Shown here: piece by piece, positions 18,310 through 28,023 of the stretch
How positions within the stretch are numbered: position 1 is the first letter of the stretch
Layout: every line of letters starts with the position of its first letter
NCBI RefSeq assembly: GCF_031291615.1
Contig: NZ_JARLIS010000035.1
Direction: 5' to 3' (one strand)
DNA from: Parvibaculum sp.
GTDB taxonomy: Bacteria; Pseudomonadota; Alphaproteobacteria; Parvibaculales; Parvibaculaceae
Length of the DNA: 64,000 nt
The notes under the pieces: generated by a model
Seen by the model: the letters and a program-made list of their open reading frames with translations, nothing else
Databases searched by the model: none
Told to the model about the DNA's origin: nothing
Made by a program: the position numbers and the translations under genes

Positions 18310-19728
18310 ATGGATGCGGGCGTGACGGGTGTGTTCAAGCTGAGCCGGTGGCAGCTTTTTGCCTATGGCCAGCTCGTGGTGCCGATGGCGGTGATCGGTC
18401 TGCCGCTGGCGATCTACATCCCGCCTTTTTATTCCGGCACGCTCGGCCTCAATCTCGCCGCGGTCGGCTTCATCCTGATGCTGGCGCGGCTTTCCGACGT
18501 CTTCACCGATCCCTTCATCGGCCGCTGGAGCGACCGCACGCATACCCGATGGGGCCGCCGCCGGCCCTGGGTCGCGCTCGGCGTCGTCGTGATGATGGTG
18601 TCGAGCGTCATGCTGTTCATGCCGCCCGTGGCCGTGAGCAATCTCTACCTGCTCGGCTGGATCGCGGCGATCTATCTCGGCTACACGCTGATCGAGATTC
18701 CCTATGGCGCCTGGGGCGCGGAGATTTCCGACGACTATCACGAGCGTAACCGCATCACCGGCAGCCGGCAGATATTCCTGCTGATCGGCCTGCTGGTCGC
18801 CATCACGGTTCCGATCGTGGCGAGCCATAGCGGCGGCGATGGCGGCGACGCAAGCGCGGCAAGCCGCAAGTCGATGGCGGCCCTCGGCTGGCTGACGGCG
18901 GGGCTCCTGCCGATCTGCCTCGTCGTCATGTTCACATCGGTGCCCGAGCCCGCCATCGGCCACAGCACGCCGGTCTCCTTCGTTGCCGGAATGCGCATCG
19001 CCATGCGCAACGGCCCGCTTCGCATCGTGCTGATCGCGACGATCATCGGCGCGCTGGCGGGCTCGATCAACGCCGGCGTCGCGGTGCTCTTCTTCGAGCA
19101 CGTCGCGCAGCTGGGATCGGGCAGTTCGATCCTTATTTTCGTGCTGTTTTTCGCCGGCGTCGTCGGTTCGCCCTTCTGGGTTCGCATCGGCGGCAAGATC
19201 GGCAAGCACAAGGGCATCGGCGTTGCGGGCTTCATCAGCCTCTTCGCCTTCGCCTTCGTGCCCGTGGTGATCTATTGGGTGAAGCCGCTTTATCCGTATG
19301 CGGTTTTCCCGGCCATGCTGCTCATCACCACCATCCAGGGCTTCACCATCGGCGCCGCGCCCATTCTCGGCCAGTCGATCCTCGCCGATGTCTGCGATCT
19401 CGACACGATCAGGAGCGGCGAGCAGCGCACGGCCTTTCTCTTCGCCTTCCTGGCGATGGTGCGCAAAATGTTCGAGGCGGCCGGCGTGGGCATCGCCCTG
19501 CCGATTCTCTCCTGGGTCGGTTTCAATCCGAATGCGCAGGCGAATTCGGGCTTTTCACTCTTCATGCTGACGGCGATGTATTGCCTCGTGCCGCTGGTGC
19601 TCTGGATCGTCTCGACCCTCGTCATCTGGCAATACCCGATCACGCACGCAAGACAGGCGCGGCTTCGTTCCGCGCTCGACCGCCGCACTGCGCGCCGCGC
19701 AAGCGTTCGGCGGCAGGTAGCCGACTAG
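18310..19728 (+). CDS. MFS transporter, glycoside-pentoside-hexuronide (GPH):cation symporter-like
   Basis: 472 aa, 12 TM. LARLSDVFTDPFIGRWSDRT.TRWGRRRPW is the GPH loop 2-3 signature. Confidence 0.8.
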   Translation: MDAGVTGVFKLSRWQLFAYGQLVVPMAVIGLPLAIYIPPFYSGTLGLNLAAVGFILMLARLSDVFTDPFIGRWSDRTHTRWGRRRPWVALGVVVMMVSSVMLFMPPVAVSNLYLLGWIAAIYLGYTLIEIPYGAWGAEISDDYHERNRITGSRQIFLLIGLLVAITVPIVASHSGGDGGDASAASRKSMAALGWLTAGLLPICLVVMFTSVPEPAIGHSTPVSFVAGMRIAMRNGPLRIVLIATIIGALAGSINAGVAVLFFEHVAQLGSGSSILIFVLFFAGVVGSPFWVRIGGKIGKHKGIGVAGFISLFAFAFVPVVIYWVKPLYPYAVFPAMLLITTIQGFTIGAAPILGQSILADVCDLDTIRSGEQRTAFLFAFLAMVRKMFEAAGVGIALPILSWVGFNPNAQANSGFSLFMLTAMYCLVPLVLWIVSTLVIWQYPITHARQARLRSALDRRTARRASVRRQVAD

Positions 19729-20756
19729 GCGAGGCCGAAAGCCTTGGCGAGAAGCTCGTAGGAGCGGATGCGGTCCGCCTGATCGTAGGTGATCGTCAGG
19801 ATCACGAAATCGTCGACGCCATATTCCTCGCCCATCTGGAGGAGGCGCGCGCGCACCTGCTCGGGGGAACCCACGATGCCGCGCCGCTCGATGCCGCGCA
19901 GCATCACCCGCTCGTCATCCGTATAGGGATAGGAAAGCGCCTCCTCGATGGAGGGGAACGATCCGGCGCGGTTTTGCAGGAGCTGCATCACCCAGAGATT
20001 GCGCGAGGATGAGACGCGCTTTGCTTCCTCTTCCGTCTCCGCCACCGTCACCGAAACCGCAATCGCACCATGCGGCGAGGCGAGCCGGCGCGAGGGCCGG
20101 AAGAGCCGCCGGTAGGTTTGGAGCGGACTCGTGCCTGCGTCCTGATTGATGAAATGCGCATAGCAATAGGCCATGCCGAATTCGGCCGCATGCACCGCGC
20201 CGTCGCCGCCCGAGCCCAGCATCCAGAGTTCCGGCATTTCCGGTCCGCGCGGCGTCGCATGAATGCCCTGCCAGGGATGATTGGTCGGAAAGCCGCCCGC
20301 CTCGCCCGATAGCCCGTTCGAATCTTCGAGGAACTGGATCAGCAATTCCACCTGCTGCGGAAAGACCTCGATGCCATAGGCCTGCGGTCCCGGTTGCAGC
20401 GCGCGCGCCGTCTTCTGGTCCGACCCCGGCGCGCGCCCGATGCCGAGATCGATCCGGCCGGGATGCAGCGTTTCGAGCAGGCGGAAAACCTCCGCAACCT
20501 TCAGCGAGCTGTAATGCGGCAGCATGATGCCCGCCGAGCCCACATGGATGCGGCTCGTCGCATTGGCGACCGCCTCGATCATGATCTCGGGCGCCGAGCC
20601 CGCGAAGGACTGCGTGTTGTGGTGCTCCGCCAGCCAGTAACGCCGATAGCCCAGCGCTTCCGCCCGGCGCGCCAGGTCGATCGTATTGGCCAGCGCCTCG
20701 GCCGCGCTGCCGCCCTTGCGTATCGGTGACTGGTCGAGAACGCTCAGGCTGACCAT
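19725..20756 (-). CDS. LLM-class flavin-dependent oxidoreductase (luciferase-like monooxygenase)
   Basis: 343 aa. LSVLDQSPI...AEALGYRRYWLAEHHN is the typical N-terminus of the YhbW-like LLM family. Confidence 0.85.
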   Translation of the reverse strand: MVSLSVLDQSPIRKGGSAAEALANTIDLARRAEALGYRRYWLAEHHNTQSFAGSAPEIMIEAVANATSRIHVGSAGIMLPHYSSLKVAEVFRLLETLHPGRIDLGIGRAPGSDQKTARALQPGPQAYGIEVFPQQVELLIQFLEDSNGLSGEAGGFPTNHPWQGIHATPRGPEMPELWMLGSGGDGAVHAAEFGMAYCYAHFINQDAGTSPLQTYRRLFRPSRRLASPHGAIAVSVTVAETEEEAKRVSSSRNLWVMQLLQNRAGSFPSIEEALSYPYTDDERVMLRGIERRGIVGSPEQVRARLLQMGEEYGVDDFVILTITYDQADRIRSYELLAKAFGLA

Positions 20757-20762
20757 GACGGG

Positions 20763-21206
20763 CTAACTCGCCTTCCTCTTGATGCGCTTCACGATGCCGC
20801 TGAAATTGAGGAGCACGCGTTCATGCTTGCCCTCGCCGGTGAAGACCTGCCCGCGGAGGAAGACCATGCTGCCCGTATTCTGCACCACTTCGCCCCGCGC
20901 GAGGATCACCTCTCCGGGCCCGGTCGAGGCCGTGAACTCGGCGTTGAACGACACCGTCACGGCCGGTCCATGCAGAATGTCCGAGCCAATGGCGAATAGC
21001 GAGAAGTCTGCGAAGGTCATCAGCGAACCGCCATGCAGGAAGCCGCCGCCGTTGCAATGCTGCGGCCCCGCCTCGAAGGCGCAGATGACCTGGCCCGCAT
21101 CCGTCTTGCGGAAGAAATAGGGTCCGGCATGGTCCTCGAACGGGTCCGTTCCGTCCCAGCCCTTGAAGCCCGCCGCGGCGAGCCGGGCGCTTGGTTTTTT
21201 CGACAT
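20763..21206 (-). CDS. PaaI-family hotdog thioesterase
   Basis: 147 aa. NGGGFLHGGSLMTFADFSL motif. Confidence 0.8.
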   Translation of the reverse strand: MSKKPSARLAAAGFKGWDGTDPFEDHAGPYFFRKTDAGQVICAFEAGPQHCNGGGFLHGGSLMTFADFSLFAIGSDILHGPAVTVSFNAEFTASTGPGEVILARGEVVQNTGSMVFLRGQVFTGEGKHERVLLNFSGIVKRIKRKAS

Positions 21207-21383
21207 CTTATTATTACGCGGCCTGTAACAAATGGATTTTCTGTCTCATATCAGGAACGGCCGGAGATCCAAAACGCCTTCCTTCCCGTAACAGCCCCTA
21301 TGACGGTCCGTGTTCACTTCGGATTAGGGCCTTCCCTTTAGATTTTGAGTTCTCTTGGACAGGTGTGCCGTTGCGAGGGCCCG

Positions 21384-21941
21384 ATGGGCGAGCTTGAGGA
21401 ATTGATTGTAAAAGCGGGCGCGGGCAGCGCTGGCCTGCGCAAGCTTCGCGATCTTTCCGATCCGATGGTTCTTGAGGTTCTGAACTATTGGTACGCCAAG
21501 CGCGGCGACCGGCGCATGCCGAGGCCTCAGGACATGGACCCGGTCGACTTCGCCCGCCACATGCCGAACCTCATGATGATCCAGGTCGACTACGAGCCCT
21601 TCGCGCTCACCTATCGCCTGATCGGCGAGGAAGTCGCCCAGGTGCATGGCGCGAACTACCGCGGCCGCTCGGTGCTGGAAGTGGACAATGTGAGGTCGAA
21701 CCTCGGCTCCCTCCTGCATGAGCTCTACAAGGCCGTGGCCATGCTCGGGCGCCCCGTGGGCGTCGGCGGCGGCATGGAATTCGTCGGGCGCGGCCACATG
21801 GTCTTCGAGGCGGCCTATATGCCGCTCTCCTTCGACGGCGAGCGCACGGACCGCATTTTCACCGCCACCTCCTACAAGCCCCTTTCGGTGGCCCAGCGCT
21901 TCAGCATCGAGAGCGCCGGCCCCGGAACCCTGACGGTCTGA
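21384..21941 (+). CDS. stand-alone PAS domain protein (PAS_5/DUF1457 type)
   Basis: LNYWYAKRGDRRMPRPQDMDPVDF...LTYRLIGEEV pattern. The track start at 21345 is TTG. ATG 21384 has GAGGG upstream. Confidence 0.65.
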   Translation: MGELEELIVKAGAGSAGLRKLRDLSDPMVLEVLNYWYAKRGDRRMPRPQDMDPVDFARHMPNLMMIQVDYEPFALTYRLIGEEVAQVHGANYRGRSVLEVDNVRSNLGSLLHELYKAVAMLGRPVGVGGGMEFVGRGHMVFEAAYMPLSFDGERTDRIFTATSYKPLSVAQRFSIESAGPGTLTV

Positions 21942-22040
21942 CGCCAGGCGGCGTCGGAGGGTCCAACCATACTTTGACCCCCATGGGGTCGGTGGCCTAA
22001 ATTCCGCCCGTCCTGAACTTTCCCGTCAGCCGGAGCGACC

Positions 22041-23192
22041 ATGGCCCTCGACGCCGAAACCCGCGAACAACTCATTTCCTCGGTCCGCCGCCTCGTCGAC
22101 GAGCGGTTGCGCCCCATCGAGGACAAGGTTTCGGAGGACGACGCCGTCCCCGCCGAGATCGTCGAGGAGATGAAGGAACTCGGCCTTTTCGGCATTTCGG
22201 TTCCGGTCGAATATGGCGGCCTCGGCCTTAACATGGAGGAGGAATGCCTCCTCATGTTCGAGATGGGCCGCACCTCGCCCGCCTTCCGCTCCGTCTTCGG
22301 CACCAATGTCGGCATCGGCAGCCAGGGCATCGTGATGCATGGCCGCGAGGACCAGAAGGCCGAATGGCTTCCGAAGATCGCGAGCGGCGAGGTCATCATC
22401 AGCTTCGCGCTCACCGAACCCGAAGCCGGCTCCGACGCCGCTTCGCTGAGGACGACCGCCATCCGCGACGGCGACCATTACGTCGTCAACGGCACCAAGC
22501 GCTACATCACCAACGCCAACAAGGCGCACGCCTTCACGCTGCTCGCGCGCACCGACCCGAAGACGCCAGGCGCCAAGGGTGTCTCCGCCTTCATCGTGCC
22601 GCGCGACATTCCGGGCATTTCCATCGGCAAGCCCGAAAAGAAAATGGGCCAGCAGGGCGCGCATATCTGCGACGTCATCTTCGACAATGCCCGCATTCCC
22701 GCCTCCTGCCTCCTCGGCGACAAGGAGGGCAGGGGCTTCGTCACCGCCATGCAGGTGCTGGAGCGCGGACGGCTGCACATCTCCGCCGTCTGCATGGGCG
22801 TCGCCGACCGGCTAGTCGAGGACTCGACGAAATATGCCGCCGAGCGCAAGCAGTTCGGCGCGCCTATCGGCAACCTCCAGCTCGTGCAGGCCATGCTGGC
22901 GGATTCCAAGATGGAGCATTACGCCGGCCGCTGCATGGTGCTCGACGCCGCCAGACGTCGCGACAAGGGCGAGGACGTGGCGACCGAAAGCTCCTGTTGC
23001 AAACTTTTCTGCTCCGAAGCCGTCGGCCGCATCGCCGACCGCGCGGTGCAGATCCATGGCGGCGCGGGCTATGTCGCCGATTACGGCATCGAGCGCCTCT
23101 ACCGCGACGTACGCATCTTCCGCATCTATGAAGGCACGAGCCAGGTGCAGCAGGTCATCATTGCGCGCAACATGCTGAAGGATGTCGGCTAG
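22041..23192 (+). CDS. acyl-CoA dehydrogenase (short/medium-chain type, homotetramer class)
   Basis: 383 aa. FALTEPEAGSDAAS, GTKRYITN, IHGGAGYV, YEGTSQVQQVIIAR. Confidence 0.9.
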   Translation: MALDAETREQLISSVRRLVDERLRPIEDKVSEDDAVPAEIVEEMKELGLFGISVPVEYGGLGLNMEEECLLMFEMGRTSPAFRSVFGTNVGIGSQGIVMHGREDQKAEWLPKIASGEVIISFALTEPEAGSDAASLRTTAIRDGDHYVVNGTKRYITNANKAHAFTLLARTDPKTPGAKGVSAFIVPRDIPGISIGKPEKKMGQQGAHICDVIFDNARIPASCLLGDKEGRGFVTAMQVLERGRLHISAVCMGVADRLVEDSTKYAAERKQFGAPIGNLQLVQAMLADSKMEHYAGRCMVLDAARRRDKGEDVATESSCCKLFCSEAVGRIADRAVQIHGGAGYVADYGIERLYRDVRIFRIYEGTSQVQQVIIARNMLKDVG

Positions 23193-23198
23193 GCGGCA

Positions 23199-23810
23199 AT
23201 GCCCACGCGCCTCGACAAGCTCGCCGCCGAAATCCGCGCCTGCCGCATCTGCGTCGAGCATCCGCAAGGCAAACCGCTTCCCCATGAGCCGCGCCCGGTG
23301 CTGCGCGTGTCGCGCATGGCGCGCATATGTCTCGCCGGACAGGCGCCCGGCACCAAGGTTCACGCCTCCGGCATGCCCTTCACCGATGCGAGCGGCGACC
23401 GCCTGCGCGACTGGATGGGCGTGACCTCGGAGGAGTTCTACGACACCTCCAAAATCGCCATCGTGCCGATGGGCTTCTGCTTTCCGGGACAGGATGCGAA
23501 AGGCGGCGACCTGCCGCCGCGCCGTGAATGCGCCCCGCACTGGCGCGCCCGCCTTTTCGCGGAAATGCCGCAAGTCGAATTGACATTGCTCATCGGGCAA
23601 TATGCGCAAGGCTGGCATCTCGGCGAGGCGGCGAAGGGGAGTCTCACCGAAACGGTCGCGGCCTGGCGCGGCTATCTTCCCCGCGCCATACCTCTGCCAC
23701 ATCCCTCATGGCGTAATAACGGCTGGATCAGGAAAAACCCATGGTTCGAGACGGAGGTTCTGCCCATGCTGCGCATGGAAATACGCCGCCTGATTGGAAA
23801 GTCCGGATGA
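23199..23810 (+). CDS. uracil-DNA glycosylase superfamily protein
   Basis: 203 aa. CRIC... then AGQAPG, and a later HPSWRN motif, typical of UDG-fold families. Confidence 0.7.
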   Translation: MPTRLDKLAAEIRACRICVEHPQGKPLPHEPRPVLRVSRMARICLAGQAPGTKVHASGMPFTDASGDRLRDWMGVTSEEFYDTSKIAIVPMGFCFPGQDAKGGDLPPRRECAPHWRARLFAEMPQVELTLLIGQYAQGWHLGEAAKGSLTETVAAWRGYLPRAIPLPHPSWRNNGWIRKNPWFETEVLPMLRMEIRRLIGKSG

Positions 23811-24808
23811 GGCGGGCTCTGCGTTTCGCGCTCGGGTCCGCGCTTGTCGTCACGCTGACATTCGGCTGCGCGCCGCGCCTCATGGCAACGGGCGATCCGG
23901 TCTATCAGCCGACGCTGGAGCCTTCATCCGTCGCCATGTCCGACGGCGCGCGCCTGCCGCTCCGCGTCTGGCCGGCCGAGAAGCCGCGCGCGATCATCAT
24001 CGGTCTCCATGGCATGAACGATTATTCCAACGCCTTCGAGATGCCGGGCGTCTGGTTCGCGGCCCATGGCGTCACGCTCTATGCCTATGACCAGCGCGGC
24101 TTCGGGCTCGCACCGGGGCGCGGCCTCTGGGCGGGCAGCGACCGTATGGCGGACGATCTTAAAAGCGTCGTCAACCTTGTTCGCGCGCGCCATCCCGGAC
24201 TGCCGGTCTACCTGTTGGGCGAGAGCATGGGCGGCGCGGTCGCCATGCGCGCCTTCGCGCTGCCTGAGCCGCCGAAGGTGGACGGCGTCATCCTTGCTGC
24301 GCCCGCCGTCTGGGGCTGGCGTTCGATGAATGCGTTTTACGAAACGGCGCTATGGGTGAGCGCCCACACGGTGCCGTCCCTGACGGTGACCGGGCAGGGG
24401 CTCAACATCCGCCCCTCCGACAACATCCCGATGCTGCGCGCGCTTGGCCGCGATCCGCTGGTCATCAAGGAAACGCAGATCGGCACGATATACGGCCTGG
24501 TCAATCTGATGGACGATGCGGCTGTCTCGGCAGGCCGCATTGGCGTGCCCGTTCTGCTGATGTATGGCGCGCATGACGAGATCGTGCCGCCTATACCCGT
24601 CTCCCGCGCCTTGCGGGACATGCGCGCGGCGGGCGTGGACGTGAAGGTGGCCTGTTATCCGAAGGGCTGGCACATGCTGCTCCGCGATCTCGAACGCGAA
24701 ACCGTTTGGTCGGATGCCGCCGCCTGGATGGCCGCACCCGCCATGCCGCTGCCGTCGGGCGCCGACAATCTCGCGCCCTGCGAGGCACTTGCAAGCGCCG
24801 CGAACTGA
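23807..24808 (+). CDS. alpha/beta hydrolase lipoprotein (lysophospholipase/monoacylglycerol lipase-like)
   Basis: ATGA overlap with the UDG gene. Lipobox LTFGC, HGMNDYS, nucleophile elbow GESMGG, late HDEIVP and GWHM. Confidence 0.8.
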   Translation: MRRALRFALGSALVVTLTFGCAPRLMATGDPVYQPTLEPSSVAMSDGARLPLRVWPAEKPRAIIIGLHGMNDYSNAFEMPGVWFAAHGVTLYAYDQRGFGLAPGRGLWAGSDRMADDLKSVVNLVRARHPGLPVYLLGESMGGAVAMRAFALPEPPKVDGVILAAPAVWGWRSMNAFYETALWVSAHTVPSLTVTGQGLNIRPSDNIPMLRALGRDPLVIKETQIGTIYGLVNLMDDAAVSAGRIGVPVLLMYGAHDEIVPPIPVSRALRDMRAAGVDVKVACYPKGWHMLLRDLERETVWSDAAAWMAAPAMPLPSGADNLAPCEALASAAN

Positions 24809-24815
24809 TCCATAT
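24788..24815 (+). promoter_or_regulatory. candidate sigma-32 (RpoH)-type heat-shock promoter for hsp20
   Basis: CTTGCAA-N13-ATCCATAT compared with consensus CTTGAAA-N13/14-CCCCATNT. Located 67-94 nt upstream of the hsp20 ATG, overlapping the end of the hydrolase gene. Confidence 0.45.
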
Positions 24816-24881
24816 CAATGCCGTTTTAGGCGTTCTGCACTCGAATGCAGACGCTTTGGATTGTTCTCATGGAGGTTGGTC

Positions 24882-25376
24882 ATGGCAAATCTTCCATCGA
24901 AAAATGCAAGCCACGGCGCGCCGTCGATGTTTCCGCGTGACCCGTTCCATTCCTTCCGCGAAGAAATGAACACGCTGTTCGACCGCGCCTTCGGCAAGTC
25001 GTTGAGCTTCCTCGATCCTGCCGCAACGTCATGGGCCGCGGGCAGTATCACGCCCCGCATCGACATTCACGAAACCGACAAGGAAATCACGCTCACCGCC
25101 GAACTTCCGGGCGTTGACGAGAAAGATGTCGATCTGAGCGTCCATGATGGCGTGCTGACGCTGAAAGGCGAGAAGCGCTACGAGAAGAAGGAAGGCGAGG
25201 GCGACGCCCGCGTCGTCGAGCGTCATTACGGCAGCTTCTCGCGCAGTTTCACCCTTCCGTCCGGCGTGGACGAAGCGAAGATCTCCGCGAAATACGACAA
25301 GGGCGTGCTGAGCGTCGTTCTGCCCAAGCGGCCGGAAGCGGAAGCCGCAACCCGGCGCATCGCCATCGGCAAATAG
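24882..25376 (+). CDS. Hsp20/alpha-crystallin family small heat-shock protein
   Basis: 164 aa from ATG 24882, with GGAGG 7 nt upstream. Alpha-crystallin core IDIHETDKEITLTAELPGV...GVLTLKGEK...FSRSFTLP...GVLSVVLPK. Confidence 0.9.
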   Translation: MANLPSKNASHGAPSMFPRDPFHSFREEMNTLFDRAFGKSLSFLDPAATSWAAGSITPRIDIHETDKEITLTAELPGVDEKDVDLSVHDGVLTLKGEKRYEKKEGEGDARVVERHYGSFSRSFTLPSGVDEAKISAKYDKGVLSVVLPKRPEAEAATRRIAIGK

Positions 25377-25388
25377 AATCGGGCGCGC

Positions 25389-27884
25389 TCAGTCGCCGCT
25401 CGCCGCAACCGATCCGACGTTCGCGCTGTCGGACGTCGGATCGGTGTCGCGGCGATTTTGCCTGACGCGGTCTTCCTCTTCGCCGAAACGTGCGGCGAGT
25501 TCGCGCTCAATGTCGCGGATGAGGTCCGGAACGCTGGTCAGGAACGGCGTCTCGGCCTTCAGGATCGAACGGAACAGCCGCGCCTTGATCTGCGTGAAAT
25601 CCTTGCCGCTCCCGCTTCCCGTCACTGCCGCGCTCGCCACAATGTCGACCAGCCGGTCGGCCGCGTGGAGACGGCCCCAGAGATAATCGTTTTCGCGCGC
25701 GCGCCTGCTGAAGAAGGCCGCGAAATGTCCGAGATCGCGCCCCATCAGCGTCGCCTGCGCGCCGCCCTTGCGGATCGCCTTTGCGTCTTCTGGGCTGATC
25801 CGGTCGACCTGCATCGTGTCCACGTCGTCGAGGTCGTTCCATTTGTTGAGCGGCAGCGTCAGCACGTCGAAGAAGGGAAAGCCGACATAGGCGAGCATCA
25901 ACTCGAGCCTCGGCGCGCGCGGCAGATAGGTCTGCGACATCATCGCGAAGGTCTCGTCGATCACCTTGTCCGCGCCGACGAGATCGAGCGCCGGTCCCAT
26001 ATGCTGAACGAGCGCGTCTATGTCCTCGATGGTCGGCGCGCCCTTGGCGAAAGCCTGCGCGCACATCTTCATCACTTCGGGCGTCGCGATGCGCGTCGCG
26101 GGCCGCGCATTCAGAAGTTCGAGGCATTCGTAGATGCTGGCCTTGAACTCGTCGAGCGCGCCCGTGTGGTCGGTCGAACCGGCGGCCTCTTCGTAAAGCT
26201 CGTTGAGGCGGCGGACGACGAAACGCAATCGGCGAACGCGGAAACTCAGGTCGAAATCGCGCAGAAAGCGCACCCAGCTTGTCTGCGCCGTCGGCGTCGC
26301 GACCTGACCGTTGGAGCGGGTCCATTGCACGGGGAAGATTTCCTTGGCCTTCGCCCAGGCTTCCACCGCGCGCGACAGGCCGAGATAGTCGGCCGGGTTG
26401 TGCACCGCGCCGCTCGTGTCGGCGATGAAGCGGGTGAGCCGGTCGATCACCGAGCTCACCTTCAACTGGACATAGCCGTCATAGGCATAGCCGGCTTCGA
26501 AGGCCGCCTGGGCATTGGCGCGGTTACGCCGTTCGGCCAGCGTGTCGGCCGTCGGCGCGAATTCGGGCGTATCGCCCAGAAGCTCACGCACGCGCTCGGC
26601 GACATGCGGCCGCGTCGCGCCGACGATCTGGCGATACTGGCGCACGCGCTCCGAAAATTCGTGCACGGATTCAAGTTCGTCGCGCACCGGCTGATTGCGC
26701 GGAATGTCCGACAGCGCGCCGCGGATTGTGTGCAGGAAACCCGGCGCCGCGCCGCCGGCCTCAAGGTGCCCGCCTTCCGGGTCGGGGTCGATATAGACGA
26801 TGCGCCGGTCGACTTCGCGATAGGCCGGCCGACCGCGGATCGAGGCGATGGCCTCGCCGAACGGCTTGTTGTTCAGCACGCTGCCGTCGATGAAGGATGT
26901 CTTGACCGGATCGGTGCCGGACATGATGAGCGGCTTGAATTCCTCGGCGATGAATTCAGCCCGCGTCGGCCACGTCTCCTCGCGATGCGCCAGCACCTCA
27001 TCCATCTCGCCGATCTGCGCCGGAGGAAACGCGCCGGGAAAAGACGACGTCGCCCGCGCCGCAAACGCAAGGCCCGGCACATGGTCGGCGTCGAATTCCG
27101 TTTCTTCGCGGCCGCCCGAATGCTGCACATAGTCGAACTTCAGCACATGCCGGTGCTCGCGTTCGCGGATGAACGGCGGATCGTGCAGCGGAATGTCCTG
27201 CGTATAGCCGTAAAAATCGGTCACCGAGACGATAAGTTCGAGCTTGTGCGCGAGCGGCAGCAGGGACGCGCCGGGCTTCGCACTTTTGCCCATCGCCCTG
27301 AAGGCGTCGAGCAGCATGTTCGTCATGAGCTTGCCGGAGAAGGGCGGCTTGAACCAGCGCGAGCGCGTGAACAGCAGAAGCTTCTGGCGCATCTCGGCAT
27401 CGGGCGCGAATTGCGATAGCCAGCGATTGTTGATCGCCCAGAAGACCGGCTTCATGAAGAGCTTGCTCCACCGGCCGGCGATATGCTCCTCATCCATCAG
27501 CGCCAGAATGTCGGCCTGTTCGAGCCACATCTTGCGGTGCTGGTCGAGCGAGAGATCGTGGGCAAGCGCGCGGGCAAGCAGCACCCCGTTGATGCCGCCA
27601 GCCGAAGCCCCCGCAATGGTGTCGACGAAGATGCGCAGATCGAGCGTCTCGCCGATCTCCTGCAACATTTCGAGATAGATCGCTTCGGTGTCGCGCTCAC
27701 GCTCGCCCACATTGTCGAGTTCGGCAAAGGTCGCAATCTGCCGGCGCGCATGGTTCGCCTCGCCGTGATAGGCGCGCGACGACCTGACGAGCTTCAGAAT
27801 CTCCTTCGTCACGCCATGCATATAGACGGCGAGCGAAACGCCGCCGTAGCAGACAAGCGCGAGCCTGAGTTCCTTTTCCTTCAT
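25389..27884 (-). CDS. large patatin-like phospholipase (patatin domain + long DUF3376-like C-terminal region)
   Basis: Oxyanion region LVCYGGVSLAVYMHG, nucleophile GASAGG, catalytic Asp FIDGSVLNNKPF. I prefer the ATG at 27884 (MKEKELRLALV...) over the track ATG at 27956, which adds 24 non-conserved-looking residues. Confidence 0.8.
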   Translation of the reverse strand: MKEKELRLALVCYGGVSLAVYMHGVTKEILKLVRSSRAYHGEANHARRQIATFAELDNVGERERDTEAIYLEMLQEIGETLDLRIFVDTIAGASAGGINGVLLARALAHDLSLDQHRKMWLEQADILALMDEEHIAGRWSKLFMKPVFWAINNRWLSQFAPDAEMRQKLLLFTRSRWFKPPFSGKLMTNMLLDAFRAMGKSAKPGASLLPLAHKLELIVSVTDFYGYTQDIPLHDPPFIREREHRHVLKFDYVQHSGGREETEFDADHVPGLAFAARATSSFPGAFPPAQIGEMDEVLAHREETWPTRAEFIAEEFKPLIMSGTDPVKTSFIDGSVLNNKPFGEAIASIRGRPAYREVDRRIVYIDPDPEGGHLEAGGAAPGFLHTIRGALSDIPRNQPVRDELESVHEFSERVRQYRQIVGATRPHVAERVRELLGDTPEFAPTADTLAERRNRANAQAAFEAGYAYDGYVQLKVSSVIDRLTRFIADTSGAVHNPADYLGLSRAVEAWAKAKEIFPVQWTRSNGQVATPTAQTSWVRFLRDFDLSFRVRRLRFVVRRLNELYEEAAGSTDHTGALDEFKASIYECLELLNARPATRIATPEVMKMCAQAFAKGAPTIEDIDALVQHMGPALDLVGADKVIDETFAMMSQTYLPRAPRLELMLAYVGFPFFDVLTLPLNKWNDLDDVDTMQVDRISPEDAKAIRKGGAQATLMGRDLGHFAAFFSRRARENDYLWGRLHAADRLVDIVASAAVTGSGSGKDFTQIKARLFRSILKAETPFLTSVPDLIRDIERELAARFGEEEDRVRQNRRDTDPTSDSANVGSVAASGD

Positions 27885-28023
27885 GCCGCGATGCCCGTTT
27901 CCGCGATCGACCGTGAGTCCCTGAATTTGGTCTCCATAGTCTAGGCGACCAATCATGTAGGAACATTAACGATAATTGAGGCGAAATCCGGCAGAATTCT
28001 GCGGCCGCTGGCATTGCGCCGCC

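Noticed and set aside
24809-24881. Classical ROSE RNA thermometer before hsp20.
   Set aside because: The SD GGAGG has no obvious complementary U(U/C)GCU-type partner strand, and the leader is short. Only a generic hairpin is present. I kept it as a low-interest note rather than a call.
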